A stretch of DNA of 64,000 nucleotides from Cenarchaeum sp. (GCA_965212015.1 OZ243037.1:672001-736000), one strand, 5' to 3'. Shown: positions 37,174 through 47,363, counted from the first letter of the stretch. Program-made: numbers and translations. Notes: a model not told the origin generated them from the sequence alone.

Positions 37174-38937
37174 GTGCTGGAATTTCAAGGCAAAGTCGCG
37201 CTGATAACCGGGAGCGGAACCGGGATAGGGCAGGCGATTGCAAAAAAATTCGTCGAGAACGGATCGAGTGTAGTCATACTGGGGCGCCGGCCCGGGCCGC
37301 TCGAGGAGACCGCAACAATGCTGCGGGAAATTATAGGCAGGATTCAAAGCGGCGCGTTTGTAAAAGTCTTTTCGGGCGTGGACGTTGCAGACGAAAGGGC
37401 GGTAACTGGCATGTTTGACTCGCTTGCCGCATCAGATACGGCAATAGACATTGTGGTGAACAACGCCGGCGTCTCCGGACCCGTGACGTGCTTTGCCAAC
37501 GACGATCTGGCAGAGTTTCAAAGCACCATAAACATACACCTGACTGGGACGTTTTGGACATCAAGGCAGGCCCTGAAGGTGATGAAAAAGGGCGGGAAGA
37601 TAATCACAATTTCCACGTTTTTTACAGAAGAGAGGCCGCTTGAGCAGAGGCCGTACAGGTTCAGGGATCCATATACTGCCGCGCAGGGGGCAAAAAACCG
37701 GCTTGCCGAGGCAATGTCGTGGGAGCTAAAAGACAGGGGGATAATCTCGATTGCCACAAACCCGGGCCCCGTCCACTCTGACAGGATATACAAGACCGTA
37801 TACCCAAAGGCCGCATCCGAGTTTTTGCGCGTAAGCGGCTTTAAGGATCTTGCACCGGTCAGGGTGGAGGCCATAGCACGCGACATAGTCGGGCTCTTGG
37901 GGGAGGACGACGAGACTACAAAAAAGGGAATAGCGCAGGCAGCAGAAAAATTCTCAAACGGCGACGCATCCGGGCTTGCCGCCACAATAACAGACATGCT
38001 GGCCAAGATTCAAAGCATTGCAGAAAAAATCCAGCTAAACACGTCAAGGATGATTGCAGACGAGCAGTTTTTGTCCCAGTCGCAGGTGGCAGAGACGGTA
38101 CTCATGCTGTCAGGGGACATGTCTGCCACGCTCAACGGCAAGGTGATACCCGGGGACCGCGTGTTTTATCCCGTACGGGCGCACATTGGAAACGCAACAC
38201 CGCAGGTGCACCAGCCTGATTTTTCCGGCAAGACAGTCGTCTTTACGATTGATGCCACAGATGAGTCGGATTCGGAGAGGGCCGCGTATCTTGCCAGGCA
38301 TGTAGAGAAAAACGGGGGCAAGGCAGTATGCATAGTCTCCGGGGACTGTCCCGCAGGAATCCTGGACAGCATAAGATCAGAGCTTCATCCGCATACGGCC
38401 GATCTGAAAAACCCCGCCGAGATTGACAGGCTGCTCGAGGCCGCCTCCAAAACAGGCGAGATTCTGGCAACGGTGCACATGACTGGCAACGTCCCAGAGA
38501 TGGCAAACCTGATGGAGCTGTCCAGAAAACAGTGGGACGGCTTGGTGGACAAGTTCATCAACAGTACGGCCACCATAATTCAGAGGTCCCTTGAGCACTT
38601 TGTCCCAGGCGGCGGCGGGGATCCGCGGCTGTACCGGGACAAGAGGGGGACTGTCATTATAATAGGCCCCGACCTGCCGGTGGGCAAAAAAGTCACAGGA
38701 TCCCAGAGGGCCAGAGTCGAGGTGTTTCGCGGGGCGCTAAGGCCGTTTACCGTCACGCTCAACCAGGAGCTCAGCGACGTGCTAAAGTCCGGCGTGCGCT
38801 CCTTTACGGTGTTTGCAGGCGGCATAGACGGCAGGGAGCCGGACAATGAAAGGATTGCCCGGGCGCTGAACTATCTTGTCTCACCGGGCGCCGCCTCTGC
38901 AGCCGAGGTCGTATACTGTGTAGACGAGCACAGATAG
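37174..38937 (+). CDS. Tandem short-chain dehydrogenase/reductase (malonyl-CoA reductase N-terminal-like architecture)
   Basis: TGSGTGIG, LGRR, NNAG, ISTFF, PGPVHSDRI; second degenerate SDR domain. Confidence 0.85.
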   Translation: MLEFQGKVALITGSGTGIGQAIAKKFVENGSSVVILGRRPGPLEETATMLREIIGRIQSGAFVKVFSGVDVADERAVTGMFDSLAASDTAIDIVVNNAGVSGPVTCFANDDLAEFQSTINIHLTGTFWTSRQALKVMKKGGKIITISTFFTEERPLEQRPYRFRDPYTAAQGAKNRLAEAMSWELKDRGIISIATNPGPVHSDRIYKTVYPKAASEFLRVSGFKDLAPVRVEAIARDIVGLLGEDDETTKKGIAQAAEKFSNGDASGLAATITDMLAKIQSIAEKIQLNTSRMIADEQFLSQSQVAETVLMLSGDMSATLNGKVIPGDRVFYPVRAHIGNATPQVHQPDFSGKTVVFTIDATDESDSERAAYLARHVEKNGGKAVCIVSGDCPAGILDSIRSELHPHTADLKNPAEIDRLLEAASKTGEILATVHMTGNVPEMANLMELSRKQWDGLVDKFINSTATIIQRSLEHFVPGGGGDPRLYRDKRGTVIIIGPDLPVGKKVTGSQRARVEVFRGALRPFTVTLNQELSDVLKSGVRSFTVFAGGIDGREPDNERIARALNYLVSPGAASAAEVVYCVDEHR

Positions 38938-38938
38938 C

Positions 38939-39685
38939 CTAGCCTGCCGCATCCACAAGCATCTTTACTGCAACTGCCGCCACTGCAACGGATATCATTA
39001 TCCGCAGCCACCCCTCCCTGACTTCCAGCGACAGCCTTGCGCCAAGCAGGCCCCCCGCAAAGGCGCCGGCTGCAAGCAGCAGCGCCTGGTAAAAGTCCGG
39101 ATGTCCAAGGGCGCTGTGGGCTGCCAGTCCTGCAAACGAGGCAAACAGCAGGGCCAGCTGTGATGTGGGCGCGGCCCTTTTCATCCCGAATCCCAGCACC
39201 GCCACCATCAGCGGAACAAAGACGATTCCGCCGCCTATTCCAAAAAAGCTAGAGACAATCCCGGCAAAAAAGCTCGCGCCTGCGGCAAAAAGCACGACGA
39301 GTTTTGTGTCGAACATTCCGGACTTTACCCTCCGGTGCAAAAGGACGTACGCCGCCGACGCAATCAGGACTGCGGCAAACAAGACGCCAAACGGCCCGGC
39401 GCCGACGTCAGAGGACGCAAGCGCCCCGATGACGGTTCCAGGCACCGAGGCCAGTCCCAGCTTTATCCCCGTTCCGTACTCTATTCTCCCTTGCCTGGAA
39501 TACGCGATGGTAGAGGCAGCCGCGTTGCCAAACGCCGCAAAAAGGCTGTTGCCTGCGGCAAGCGACGGCGGGAATCCCAGAAACGTCAGCACGGGCACGA
39601 TGATTATTCCCCCGCCAAGGCCGATCATTGATCCCAGAGTCCCCGCGGCAAAACCAAGCGCAACAAGCCAAACCCCGTCGATCAT
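38939..39685 (-). CDS. TauE/SafE sulfite-exporter family permease
   Basis: GLGGGIIIVP and GIGGGIVFVP internal repeat; hydrophobic. Confidence 0.9.
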   Translation of the reverse strand: MIDGVWLVALGFAAGTLGSMIGLGGGIIIVPVLTFLGFPPSLAAGNSLFAAFGNAAASTIAYSRQGRIEYGTGIKLGLASVPGTVIGALASSDVGAGPFGVLFAAVLIASAAYVLLHRRVKSGMFDTKLVVLFAAGASFFAGIVSSFFGIGGGIVFVPLMVAVLGFGMKRAAPTSQLALLFASFAGLAAHSALGHPDFYQALLLAAGAFAGGLLGARLSLEVREGWLRIMISVAVAAVAVKMLVDAAG

Positions 39686-39731
39686 ACCGCCAAAAGATTC
39701 CCAGCGTATATGGTGTTTTTTATTCGGGTGA

Positions 39732-40373
39732 TCAGGCTATCAGCATCTGCCATTCGTAGCCCTGTTCGTTTGTGATTATCCTCATCTGTATGTGCTTGCC
39801 GTCGCGCACAACGGTGTTCGATGTAGTGGCGGCAAGTCCCGAGTCTATGTGGGACAGTATGTACGACTCGGCCCAGTCGTCCATGGACAGGCCGGCGCTG
39901 TTTTTTGCATCCCAGCACATGCAGACTGTGTGCTCTGTCAGCACGGAAAACACGGTCTTTGCGTCTGCCTTTTGGCCCAGCGAATAGTCGAGCTGGACTA
40001 CGCCCATGACCCTCCTTGGCTCGTCCGGACTGCCAAACGCGTGTATGTTCCCAAGAAACTCGCCGTCAGAGTCCAAAAGCTCAGTCGACGTGCAGTACCG
40101 GATTATCCTTTGCTCCTGTCCTTCAAACAGGCTGCAAAATTTCGCAATGTCGCCGGGCTCTGCCAGCCTGATCGGGGAGGACATTGTAATGCCGCTTTGA
40201 TTCAGGCTCTGCCTCGAGTTGTAATTGACGTCATTGTATGTAGTTCCAAGCCCGTCACCGAGCGGAAACGCCGGTTCGTCGCCTGCGGGATCCGGGATTT
40301 GCAGTACCGCATACACAATTCCCGCGGCGGCGACTGCGCCGATTGCCGCAAGAATTCTTAGGTCCAACTGCAC
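39732..40373 (-). CDS. Hypothetical exported/membrane-anchored protein
   Basis: N-terminal hydrophobic anchor; 213 aa; four Cys. Confidence 0.75.
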   Translation of the reverse strand: MQLDLRILAAIGAVAAAGIVYAVLQIPDPAGDEPAFPLGDGLGTTYNDVNYNSRQSLNQSGITMSSPIRLAEPGDIAKFCSLFEGQEQRIIRYCTSTELLDSDGEFLGNIHAFGSPDEPRRVMGVVQLDYSLGQKADAKTVFSVLTEHTVCMCWDAKNSAGLSMDDWAESYILSHIDSGLAATTSNTVVRDGKHIQMRIITNEQGYEWQMLIA

Positions 40374-40401
40374 ACATGCGCAGGCAATCTTAGTTAAGCC
40401 T

Positions 40402-40893
40402 TTAGATGGAGATGATCTCCAGTATCGAGTCCAGCGTTATTCCAAACCGGTCCACAAAGCCCGCCGTGACCTCGATTATATACGATGCCTCGGTTCCCGG
40501 ATTGACCGAGGCGCAGCTGGCAGCCTCTAGGGCCGACTTGCAGGGCGGCACGTCCCGCTCTATGTGCACCATTCCGCCGTGCTCATCGAACCACATCATG
40601 TCAAGCGGAAACTGCATGTTTGGCATCCACAGCGAATAGACGCCAGGCGAGTCAAAGACAAAGATCATTGCCTCGTCATATGGGAGCGTTTCCTGGAACA
40701 TCAGGCCGCGCACCCTGCGCGGCTCGGTGTCGGCGATCTGGACTTTTAACACGTGGTCGTCTATCTTTACTGTCCCCTGCGGAAAATCCACAGAGTCCAG
40801 CTTTGCGTCCTCCGGTATGGTCAGTATGCCGACGATGCCAATTATTACGGCCGCAGCTGATATCGGGGCCAGAACCTGCATTCGTGTGGTCAT
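40402..40893 (-). CDS. DUF192 domain protein
   Basis: IADT..RVRGLMF, MIFVF, WMPNMQFPLD, YIIEVTAG. Confidence 0.9.
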   Translation of the reverse strand: MTTRMQVLAPISAAAVIIGIVGILTIPEDAKLDSVDFPQGTVKIDDHVLKVQIADTEPRRVRGLMFQETLPYDEAMIFVFDSPGVYSLWMPNMQFPLDMMWFDEHGGMVHIERDVPPCKSALEAASCASVNPGTEASYIIEVTAGFVDRFGITLDSILEIISI

Positions 40894-40957
40894 GCCCGTT
40901 TTTGAGCGCCGCCTTTTAAAAAACCCGCCGCACGCCGTGCTGTCTGCCGGCCCGGTG

Positions 40958-41308
40958 CTATCCCAGCGAGTTCCTAAAGTCGCTTATCTCAGAGGTGGCA
41001 CTTTTTACCTGGTGGCCGACGTCTGCAATGGTGGATCCGTTGTATTTTTTGTCCATGTACCTTCCTGCGATTATCATGGGGGCGCCTACTGCGCACGTCA
41101 CCCCGGTGGGCTCTGGAATCCACAGCATGATAAAGCCTATTTTCTGGAGCTTTTTGCCCGGTGCGGGCGCCTTTTGCAGCGCGCCTAGCGACTGGGACAT
41201 TTTTTTGTCGCCCATGCTTGCAATGTCACAGTACAGGTCCACGCGGCGCCTGGCGGACTCCGAGTGTGCCTTTATGTCCTTTAGGCGCTTTCTTAGGGCA
41301 TCACTCAT
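40958..41308 (-). CDS. Hypothetical protein with hydrophobic hairpin
   Basis: MSDALRKRL start; IGFIMLWIPEPTGVTCAVGAPMIIAG. Confidence 0.65.
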   Translation of the reverse strand: MSDALRKRLKDIKAHSESARRRVDLYCDIASMGDKKMSQSLGALQKAPAPGKKLQKIGFIMLWIPEPTGVTCAVGAPMIIAGRYMDKKYNGSTIADVGHQVKSATSEISDFRNSLG

Positions 41309-41427
41309 GTCTCGTATCTGGCAGAAATTAGTTAAGACTCGATGATCAAGATAGATTACTCTACGGTCAAATTTGGGTAACCAACCCGGCATAGACACGA
41401 AATTATACGGGTCCGTCCATTGGCACC

Positions 41428-41892
41428 GTGTTGGCAAAGACCAAAAACCGCCTGGAATCAATAAAGGCCGCGCACCAGTCCGAAAAGAGCTCGTCGAGCT
41501 CCAGGGTGGAGGACTATCTGGAGGTGATTGCAGAGCTAGTAGAGCTAAAGGGGTATGCCGCCACGCTGGACATCTCGAGGTACATGAACGTCAGCGCATC
41601 AAGCGTAACGCAGATGCTGCAGCGCCTGGACGAAAACGGGTATCTCGAGTATGAAAAGTACCGCGGGATAAGGCTGACGCGCAGGGGAATAAACCTGGCG
41701 CAGGCCATACGGCAAAAGCACGGAATCCTGCTAGAGTTCTTTGAGATCCTCGGCGTGGGCCACGAGACGGCCAATCGCGACGCAGAGGGCATAGAGCACC
41801 ACCTGAATCCCAAGACGATAAAGCAGCTGCGAAAGTTCATCACGTTTCTAAAGTCAAACCCAAATGTGCTAGACGGCTTTAAAAATCCCTAG
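41428..41892 (+). CDS. mntR: DtxR/MntR metal-dependent transcriptional regulator
   Basis: EDYLEVI, SVTQMLQRL, LTRRG, KHGILLEF, DAEGIEHH. Confidence 0.92.
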   Translation: MLAKTKNRLESIKAAHQSEKSSSSSRVEDYLEVIAELVELKGYAATLDISRYMNVSASSVTQMLQRLDENGYLEYEKYRGIRLTRRGINLAQAIRQKHGILLEFFEILGVGHETANRDAEGIEHHLNPKTIKQLRKFITFLKSNPNVLDGFKNP

Positions 41893-43687
41893 TGCGGATG
41901 CTTATCTCGTCCTGCGAGTGCGCCAGCCTCGAGATCTTTTTTGCAGCAGAGGCGCGCCTTGGCAGCTTTATCTGCCCGTTTCTTCCAATCCGCGAGGAGG
42001 CGACAAAATCCCCGCCTGCAAAGACGTCTGCGTGCATCCGGGCGTACTGTTTGTCGACTGTAAGTACCAGCGCCGACTTTGATTCGGAGAATGTGAACTC
42101 TAGATCCTGCTCCGGGGCCGAATCCGTGCTCTCCACTATGTCTATGTGTATGTTGAGTGACTTTTCTAGCTCGGCAATGTTGGAGCCGCCCCTGCCTATT
42201 ATTCCCCCCATGTGGTGCTTGGCCACATGGACCCTGACGCTGTTCTGCGAGAGTATCTCCACCCTGGCGTGCGGATCAAAGCGCCGAAACGTGTCGCGTA
42301 TGTGATCTTCGGCCAGCTTTTCTACGCCCGTCTTTGCCTCCTGGGTGACTGGAATGATTACATTCTCCTCGCCGAACGTATAGATCTCATACTCTAGCTT
42401 GCCGTCATCAAAGCTGCGTATCTCGATTACCGGCCTCGCAAGGTCCTGCTCTGCCATGCCGGAGGGAACCTTTACTTTGAGCTCCAGCCCGTACACCTTG
42501 TCTATCCTGCCGTCCCTTACGAATACGACAGTATCAAGCACGCTGGGAATCATTCCCATCTCTATCTTTCCTATGAACCGCTGGACTGCGTCTACTGGCG
42601 AGTTGGCGTGCACCACGCCTATCATGCCGACGCCGGAGAGCCGGAGGTCGGCAAAGACCCCAAAGTCCTCCCTTCTGCGCACCTCGTCAAATATGGTGTA
42701 ATCCGGCCGGACCAGCAGCAGCACGTCTGCCGTGTTCTCAAAGCTCCCGTCCAGCTTTGTATACTGGGTGATTCCCGGATCCACCTGCAAGTCGCGCGGC
42801 GACTCGAAGGTCTTTACTATCTTGCCCATGCCGTTGTAAAAGTTGGCCAGCCCGGATGCAAGCGTGCTCTTGCCGGAGCCCGGGGCACCCGATATCAGTA
42901 TCCCCTCTGCCTTTTGCTCCAGTCTTGCCATGAGTTTTTCCGATATGGTATAGTCGTCTAGCGACATCCTTGCCGTCGGATGCACTATGGTAATCTCGTA
43001 TCCCTCAGAGAAGGGCGGCTGCGTGATTGCTATCCTGTAATCGCAGTACTGGATGACTAGCGCCCCGGGCCGGGCTATCTCTGGGCCGGCATCCCTTGTC
43101 TTTGCGGCCTCGACAATCTGCGCGGCTATGTGCCGGAGATAGTCGCGCGAAAGCGCGGTCTTTTCTACTTCGGATAGCTCAAAGGCCCCCGGCGCGCCCC
43201 TTTTTGCCACCGGCGTCATTCCCTCCTTTAGGTGGACGCTCATCGTGTCCCGATCAAAAAACCTTAGAAATTCCAGCTCCTTTTGCTCGCGGTTCTGCAC
43301 GACAAGCCTTGTCGGTATCCCCTCTGCCTCTGCCACCATCGACTGGACCCTGTCAGACGTGTAAAGCGCCGCATCGTCCTGCTTTGCCACGTCCTTAATC
43401 ATTGCGTCAATCCTTCCGCGCGGGGCGAGCCTTACGTCCTCGGCAGTCGGCCTTGCCCCCTTGAAGACCATTCTTATAGAGTGCGCCGCCGAGTCGTCCT
43501 TTATCCTCCTGATCTCCTCGAGGCCGATGATGCCGTATTCCTGTTTTTGGGACGCCTGAGCTCGAAGCTCGTCTATTACCGCCTCTGGTATTATTATCTC
43601 GCATCCGTCAAGGGAGCCTGATTTTACAAGCCGGGCAATCTCGCCGTTTATTATTATGCTGGTATCTAGCACTATCTTTGACAACAT
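41879..43687 (-). CDS. PIN-domain ATPase with KH domain (PINA family)
   Basis: LDTSIII PIN, GAPGSGKST, FESPRDL, FDEVR, GVVHA, IIGRGG KH. Confidence 0.93.
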   Translation of the reverse strand: MLSKIVLDTSIIINGEIARLVKSGSLDGCEIIIPEAVIDELRAQASQKQEYGIIGLEEIRRIKDDSAAHSIRMVFKGARPTAEDVRLAPRGRIDAMIKDVAKQDDAALYTSDRVQSMVAEAEGIPTRLVVQNREQKELEFLRFFDRDTMSVHLKEGMTPVAKRGAPGAFELSEVEKTALSRDYLRHIAAQIVEAAKTRDAGPEIARPGALVIQYCDYRIAITQPPFSEGYEITIVHPTARMSLDDYTISEKLMARLEQKAEGILISGAPGSGKSTLASGLANFYNGMGKIVKTFESPRDLQVDPGITQYTKLDGSFENTADVLLLVRPDYTIFDEVRRREDFGVFADLRLSGVGMIGVVHANSPVDAVQRFIGKIEMGMIPSVLDTVVFVRDGRIDKVYGLELKVKVPSGMAEQDLARPVIEIRSFDDGKLEYEIYTFGEENVIIPVTQEAKTGVEKLAEDHIRDTFRRFDPHARVEILSQNSVRVHVAKHHMGGIIGRGGSNIAELEKSLNIHIDIVESTDSAPEQDLEFTFSESKSALVLTVDKQYARMHADVFAGGDFVASSRIGRNGQIKLPRRASAAKKISRLAHSQDEISIRTRDF

Positions 43688-43791
43688 GGTGACTGGGAAT
43701 GGGGGCGCTTTTAATCATATCTGGAGGCGGCGGGGGCCTCGTCTGGGGCGACTCGACACACTCTAAATAGCACCGCAGTGTATTTCACGCA

Positions 43792-44094
43792 TTGATTCTT
43801 TTTAACAGGAAAATGCTTGCCGGTGGATCTGCAATGCTTGCAACAGGCATACTGGTGTCGCTTTACCTCAATGCGATATCGCCGGTGGGGACGCCCGGTA
43901 TGACAGAAGACGAGGCGCTGCGGCTGATTCTGGAGCAGCAGGAAAACCAGGACTTTGGCACGCTGGCAGGAATCCTGACTGCCGTCGGCTTTATGCTGGT
44001 ACTGATCAGCTTTGGGGCAAGGCGGAGGGGCGGCGCGCCCAAAAAGGAGGAAAAACAGCCCGGCGATCCCCGCGAACCTGCCGCCGCCGGCTAG
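43792..44094 (+). CDS. Hypothetical two-TM membrane protein
   Basis: Two hydrophobic segments; TAAATA upstream. Confidence 0.75.
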   Translation: MILFNRKMLAGGSAMLATGILVSLYLNAISPVGTPGMTEDEALRLILEQQENQDFGTLAGILTAVGFMLVLISFGARRRGGAPKKEEKQPGDPREPAAAG

Positions 44095-44096
44095 CG

Positions 44097-45194
44097 CTAG
44101 AACCTGCGGATGATCTCAAAATGCGTGTTTCTCTGCGCCGGAGTGCGCTTGATCTCCCTTACCATGTTTGCAAGCTCGACTAGCGAAGAGTTGGTGGGCT
44201 TGCCTGCCGCGCGGTAAATCTCCTCAGAGAACGCAGTCCCGACAAGATCGTTTCCGCCGTTGGAGAGCGCCACCTGCGCCAGCTTTTTGCCGTATGCCAC
44301 CCAGTATACCGAGATGTTGTCTAGCACGCCTGCCAGCATGATGCGCGAAAGCGCCGTTACCTTGAGATCGTATATCGAGGAGCATTCGTGCGTGACGAGG
44401 TTCTTTTGCTCCAGCTCTGTGTTATCAAGGCTGAACTTTAGCGGGATAAACGTGATAAAGCCGCCGGTCTTTTTTTGCAGCTCCCTGATTTTGATCAGGT
44501 GGTCTATTATGTGCTCGGGCTTTTCAATGTGCCCGTACAGCATTGTGGCGTTGCTTTTGATCCCGAGGCTGTGGGCCTGCCCGATGGTGTCCAGCCATTC
44601 CTGTCCCGTGCACTTGCCGCGTACTATGTCCTTGCGCACGTCGGGATGGAACAGCTCGGCGCCGCCGCCGGGCATTGAGTCCAGTCCGGCGTCCTTTAGC
44701 CTGCAGAGAATCTCCCTGACCGGCGTCTTTGTAAGCCGGGACAAAAAGAATATCTCGGCGGCGGTAAATGCCTTTATGTTGAGTTCCGGGTGGTTCTTTT
44801 TGATTGCCCGCATCATGTCCTCATAGTATTCCAGCGGCAGGTCCGGGTGAAACCCGCCGACTATGTGCACCTCAGTCGATCCCATTTTTTTTGCCTGCGC
44901 CGCCCTGAGCTCTATCTGCTCTGGCGTGAGCGTGTATGCGTCGTCCTCGCCGCCCTTGCGGTAAAACGCGCACATTTGGCAGCTGGCCGCGCACACGTTG
45001 GTATAGTTCATGTAGTATGATGCGGCAAACGTGACTGTCTGTCCTGCGCGCCTTTTTCTGATCATGTCGGCAAGCGCGCCTAGCACGTGCACATTGTCAT
45101 GGTTTATCAGCTCCATTCCGTCATCAAATGAAAGCTCCTCGCCTGCCTGTATCCTCTCAAAGGAGCGCAATTTTCCGACTAGCTGCTCTAACAC
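44097..45194 (-). CDS. mqnE: Aminofutalosine synthase-like radical SAM protein (CofH/MqnC/MqnE family)
   Basis: TNVCAASCQMCAF, HIVGGFHP, KAFTAAEI, MPGGGAELF, NATMLYGHIE; start trimmed to GTG 45194. Confidence 0.82.
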   Translation of the reverse strand: MLEQLVGKLRSFERIQAGEELSFDDGMELINHDNVHVLGALADMIRKRRAGQTVTFAASYYMNYTNVCAASCQMCAFYRKGGEDDAYTLTPEQIELRAAQAKKMGSTEVHIVGGFHPDLPLEYYEDMMRAIKKNHPELNIKAFTAAEIFFLSRLTKTPVREILCRLKDAGLDSMPGGGAELFHPDVRKDIVRGKCTGQEWLDTIGQAHSLGIKSNATMLYGHIEKPEHIIDHLIKIRELQKKTGGFITFIPLKFSLDNTELEQKNLVTHECSSIYDLKVTALSRIMLAGVLDNISVYWVAYGKKLAQVALSNGGNDLVGTAFSEEIYRAAGKPTNSSLVELANMVREIKRTPAQRNTHFEIIRRF

Positions 45195-45367
45195 GTTGCT
45201 AGGTGTGACCCCGTTCGAATATATATCTGACACAGGGCAGCAGAAATTCCTGCGCCAAAAGACGCGCCTGACTGCGCCGACAGGCGGCATTGCGCCGGCA
45301 GGCGGCGGTTTTTGGGCGTTCTGCCGTGCAACCATAACTTTTTAAGGAAAATTCTGCACGTATCGTC

Positions 45368-45538
45368 ATGAGCGACGAGGCAGAGACCATATACGAGCGG
45401 GTGGCCAAGCTAGAAGACGAGATTGCCGTGCTCCGCAACGAGGTGGACGTGCTAAAGGGCGCGCTCAGAAACAAGATAGCCCGCCACGAGGTAAAGATGA
45501 TAAAGAGCGGAACCGACGTCAGCTCGATCATCGACTAG
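45368..45538 (+). CDS. Small coiled-coil protein (56 aa)
   Basis: MSDEAETIYERVAKLEDEIAVLRNEVDVLKGALRNKIARHEVKMIKSGTDVSSIID; TTTTAAG about 25 nt upstream. Confidence 0.75.
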   Translation: MSDEAETIYERVAKLEDEIAVLRNEVDVLKGALRNKIARHEVKMIKSGTDVSSIID

Positions 45539-45551
45539 CTGTTTTGCGGCC

Positions 45552-46886
45552 CTATCTTTTTGGCGGATTTGCAAACCTGTTGTCAGGATTGTTGTGATAG
45601 TCCACAGAAAGCATGGGATCCTTTTGCCTGCCAGTCAGGATGCCAACGACGGTGTCGTCCCTTTTTATTATCTCCTCGGAGGCGAGTTTTTTTATTCCGG
45701 CCAGTGCGGCGCCGGAGGCCATCTCGCAGTCAAACCCGTTGAGGCCGACTACTGCCATTCCGTCTAGCATCTCGGCGTCTGAAACGGTGGTGGCCACCCC
45801 GTCAGAGTATTCGAGTGCGCGGAGTCCCTTGAGTATGTTTGCCGGCCTTCCAATCTGTATTGCAGTGGCCATAGTCTTCGGTCTGGAGCCGCTTGCGTCA
45901 AGACTTGCGTAATACCTGGCGATCAGCTCCCCGTTTGGCCTGCCCTTGTTCCATCGCAGCTCCTCGCCTTCGAACCCTCCGTTGTACAGGTCCGAAAACG
46001 TGCTTGCCCCACTCGCGTTTACCACTGCGATTCTGGGAATTTTTTTAATCCACCCCCACTCGTAGAGCTCCATTAGCGCCTTGCCGCAGCTCGACGTGTT
46101 TCCAAGCGCGCCGCCGGGATATACAATCCAGTCCGGCGCCTCCCATTTCAGGTATTCCAGGGCCCTGATCGGGATCGTCTTTTGCCCCTCTATCCTAAAC
46201 GGGTTGATAGAGTTTACCGTATAACCCCCGCGCTTTTTTGCGTCATCCAGCGACTGTTTTAAGGCGTCATCAAAATTCCCGTCGACTTCGATTATCTGGG
46301 TTCCGAACTGGTACGCCTGGCTGAGCTTTCCGGGGGCAATCTGTCCTGCGGGAATGTACACGTCGCAGTCAATCCCCTCGTTTGCCGCAAACATGCCTGC
46401 AGAGGCCGACGTGTTTCCAGTTGACGCGCAGACGATCTTTTTTGCAGACACCATCTTTGCGTGCGTGACTGCGGTGGCCATCCCGTTGTCCTTAAAGGAG
46501 CCGCTTGGATTGTAGCCCTCCGGCTGCAGCCACAGGCCCTCCTGCGGGAATCCGACAAACTCGGATGCCTTGGTCATGTGGTACGGCTTTGACTGCCTTC
46601 CCTCTGCGCCGTCTAGCGACACTAGGTGTCTGGAGCACTCTTGCAGCTCGTCAGGCGCAATCCCGCAAAAGTTGATCAGCTCCCTGAACCTCCACACGCC
46701 GCTCTCGTTGAATATGCTTCCCCTAGAGTCCCTCCGCGCAAGAAACGTCTCCTTGAGGCCAGGCTGCGGCGCGTCTTTGTACCTTACGTCAAGCAGGTGT
46801 CCGCGTTCGCACTCTATGCGCGTGCTGTTTACCGGATACTCTAGGCCGCAGCGCGAGTCGATGCACCGGAGGTATGATTCCTGCAT
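45552..46886 (-). CDS. thrC: Threonine synthase
   Basis: NPSGSFKDNG, CASTGNTSAS, NSINPFRIEGQKT, ATAIQIGRP. Confidence 0.93.
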   Translation of the reverse strand: MQESYLRCIDSRCGLEYPVNSTRIECERGHLLDVRYKDAPQPGLKETFLARRDSRGSIFNESGVWRFRELINFCGIAPDELQECSRHLVSLDGAEGRQSKPYHMTKASEFVGFPQEGLWLQPEGYNPSGSFKDNGMATAVTHAKMVSAKKIVCASTGNTSASAGMFAANEGIDCDVYIPAGQIAPGKLSQAYQFGTQIIEVDGNFDDALKQSLDDAKKRGGYTVNSINPFRIEGQKTIPIRALEYLKWEAPDWIVYPGGALGNTSSCGKALMELYEWGWIKKIPRIAVVNASGASTFSDLYNGGFEGEELRWNKGRPNGELIARYYASLDASGSRPKTMATAIQIGRPANILKGLRALEYSDGVATTVSDAEMLDGMAVVGLNGFDCEMASGAALAGIKKLASEEIIKRDDTVVGILTGRQKDPMLSVDYHNNPDNRFANPPKR

Positions 46887-46981
46887 AGCTAGCATGGCGG
46901 CAAACATGTAATATTAAGTTACAAGGAAACCCGGGGCGATTCAGTTAAACTCTAAAAGAGGCGCAGCCTGCCTTGGGGTTG

Positions 46982-47362
46982 ATGCTAACGTTTGGCCGGT
47001 ATGTCCACGGCGTTCTGGCGCAGATCAAATCCTCGTACGACGTCTTTGAGGGACTCGAGGATGAGCCGGGGAGCTTGGATGTGCTAAGAAGGGAGTGGCT
47101 CAAGGCCAGCGCACTGCTAAGCTCGCTGGCCAGGCGCATAGAAAGCTCCGAGAAGACAGGCGACGTGTACCTTGATCTGGCAAGGCGGTGCAGGTATTAT
47201 ACTGAAAACTATTACTTTGACAAAGAGATTGACACAATGTCCGGCCTGTACTCAGGCGACTCGCACAGGATCAAAAACATCAGGCTCAAGATACTCGACT
47301 CGTTTGCAGACAGAAAGCTCATCGAGCACATCTGCCGCACAATGGAGAAGCTGGACGGCTAG
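46982..47362 (+). CDS. Hypothetical protein
   Basis: 126-aa helical ORF divergent from thrC. Confidence 0.7.
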   Translation: MLTFGRYVHGVLAQIKSSYDVFEGLEDEPGSLDVLRREWLKASALLSSLARRIESSEKTGDVYLDLARRCRYYTENYYFDKEIDTMSGLYSGDSHRIKNIRLKILDSFADRKLIEHICRTMEKLDG

Positions 47363-47363
47363 C

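Noticed and set aside
41369-41388. DtxR/MntR operator upstream of mntR
   Set aside because: Only a weak TTGG...CCAA dyad; too degenerate to support
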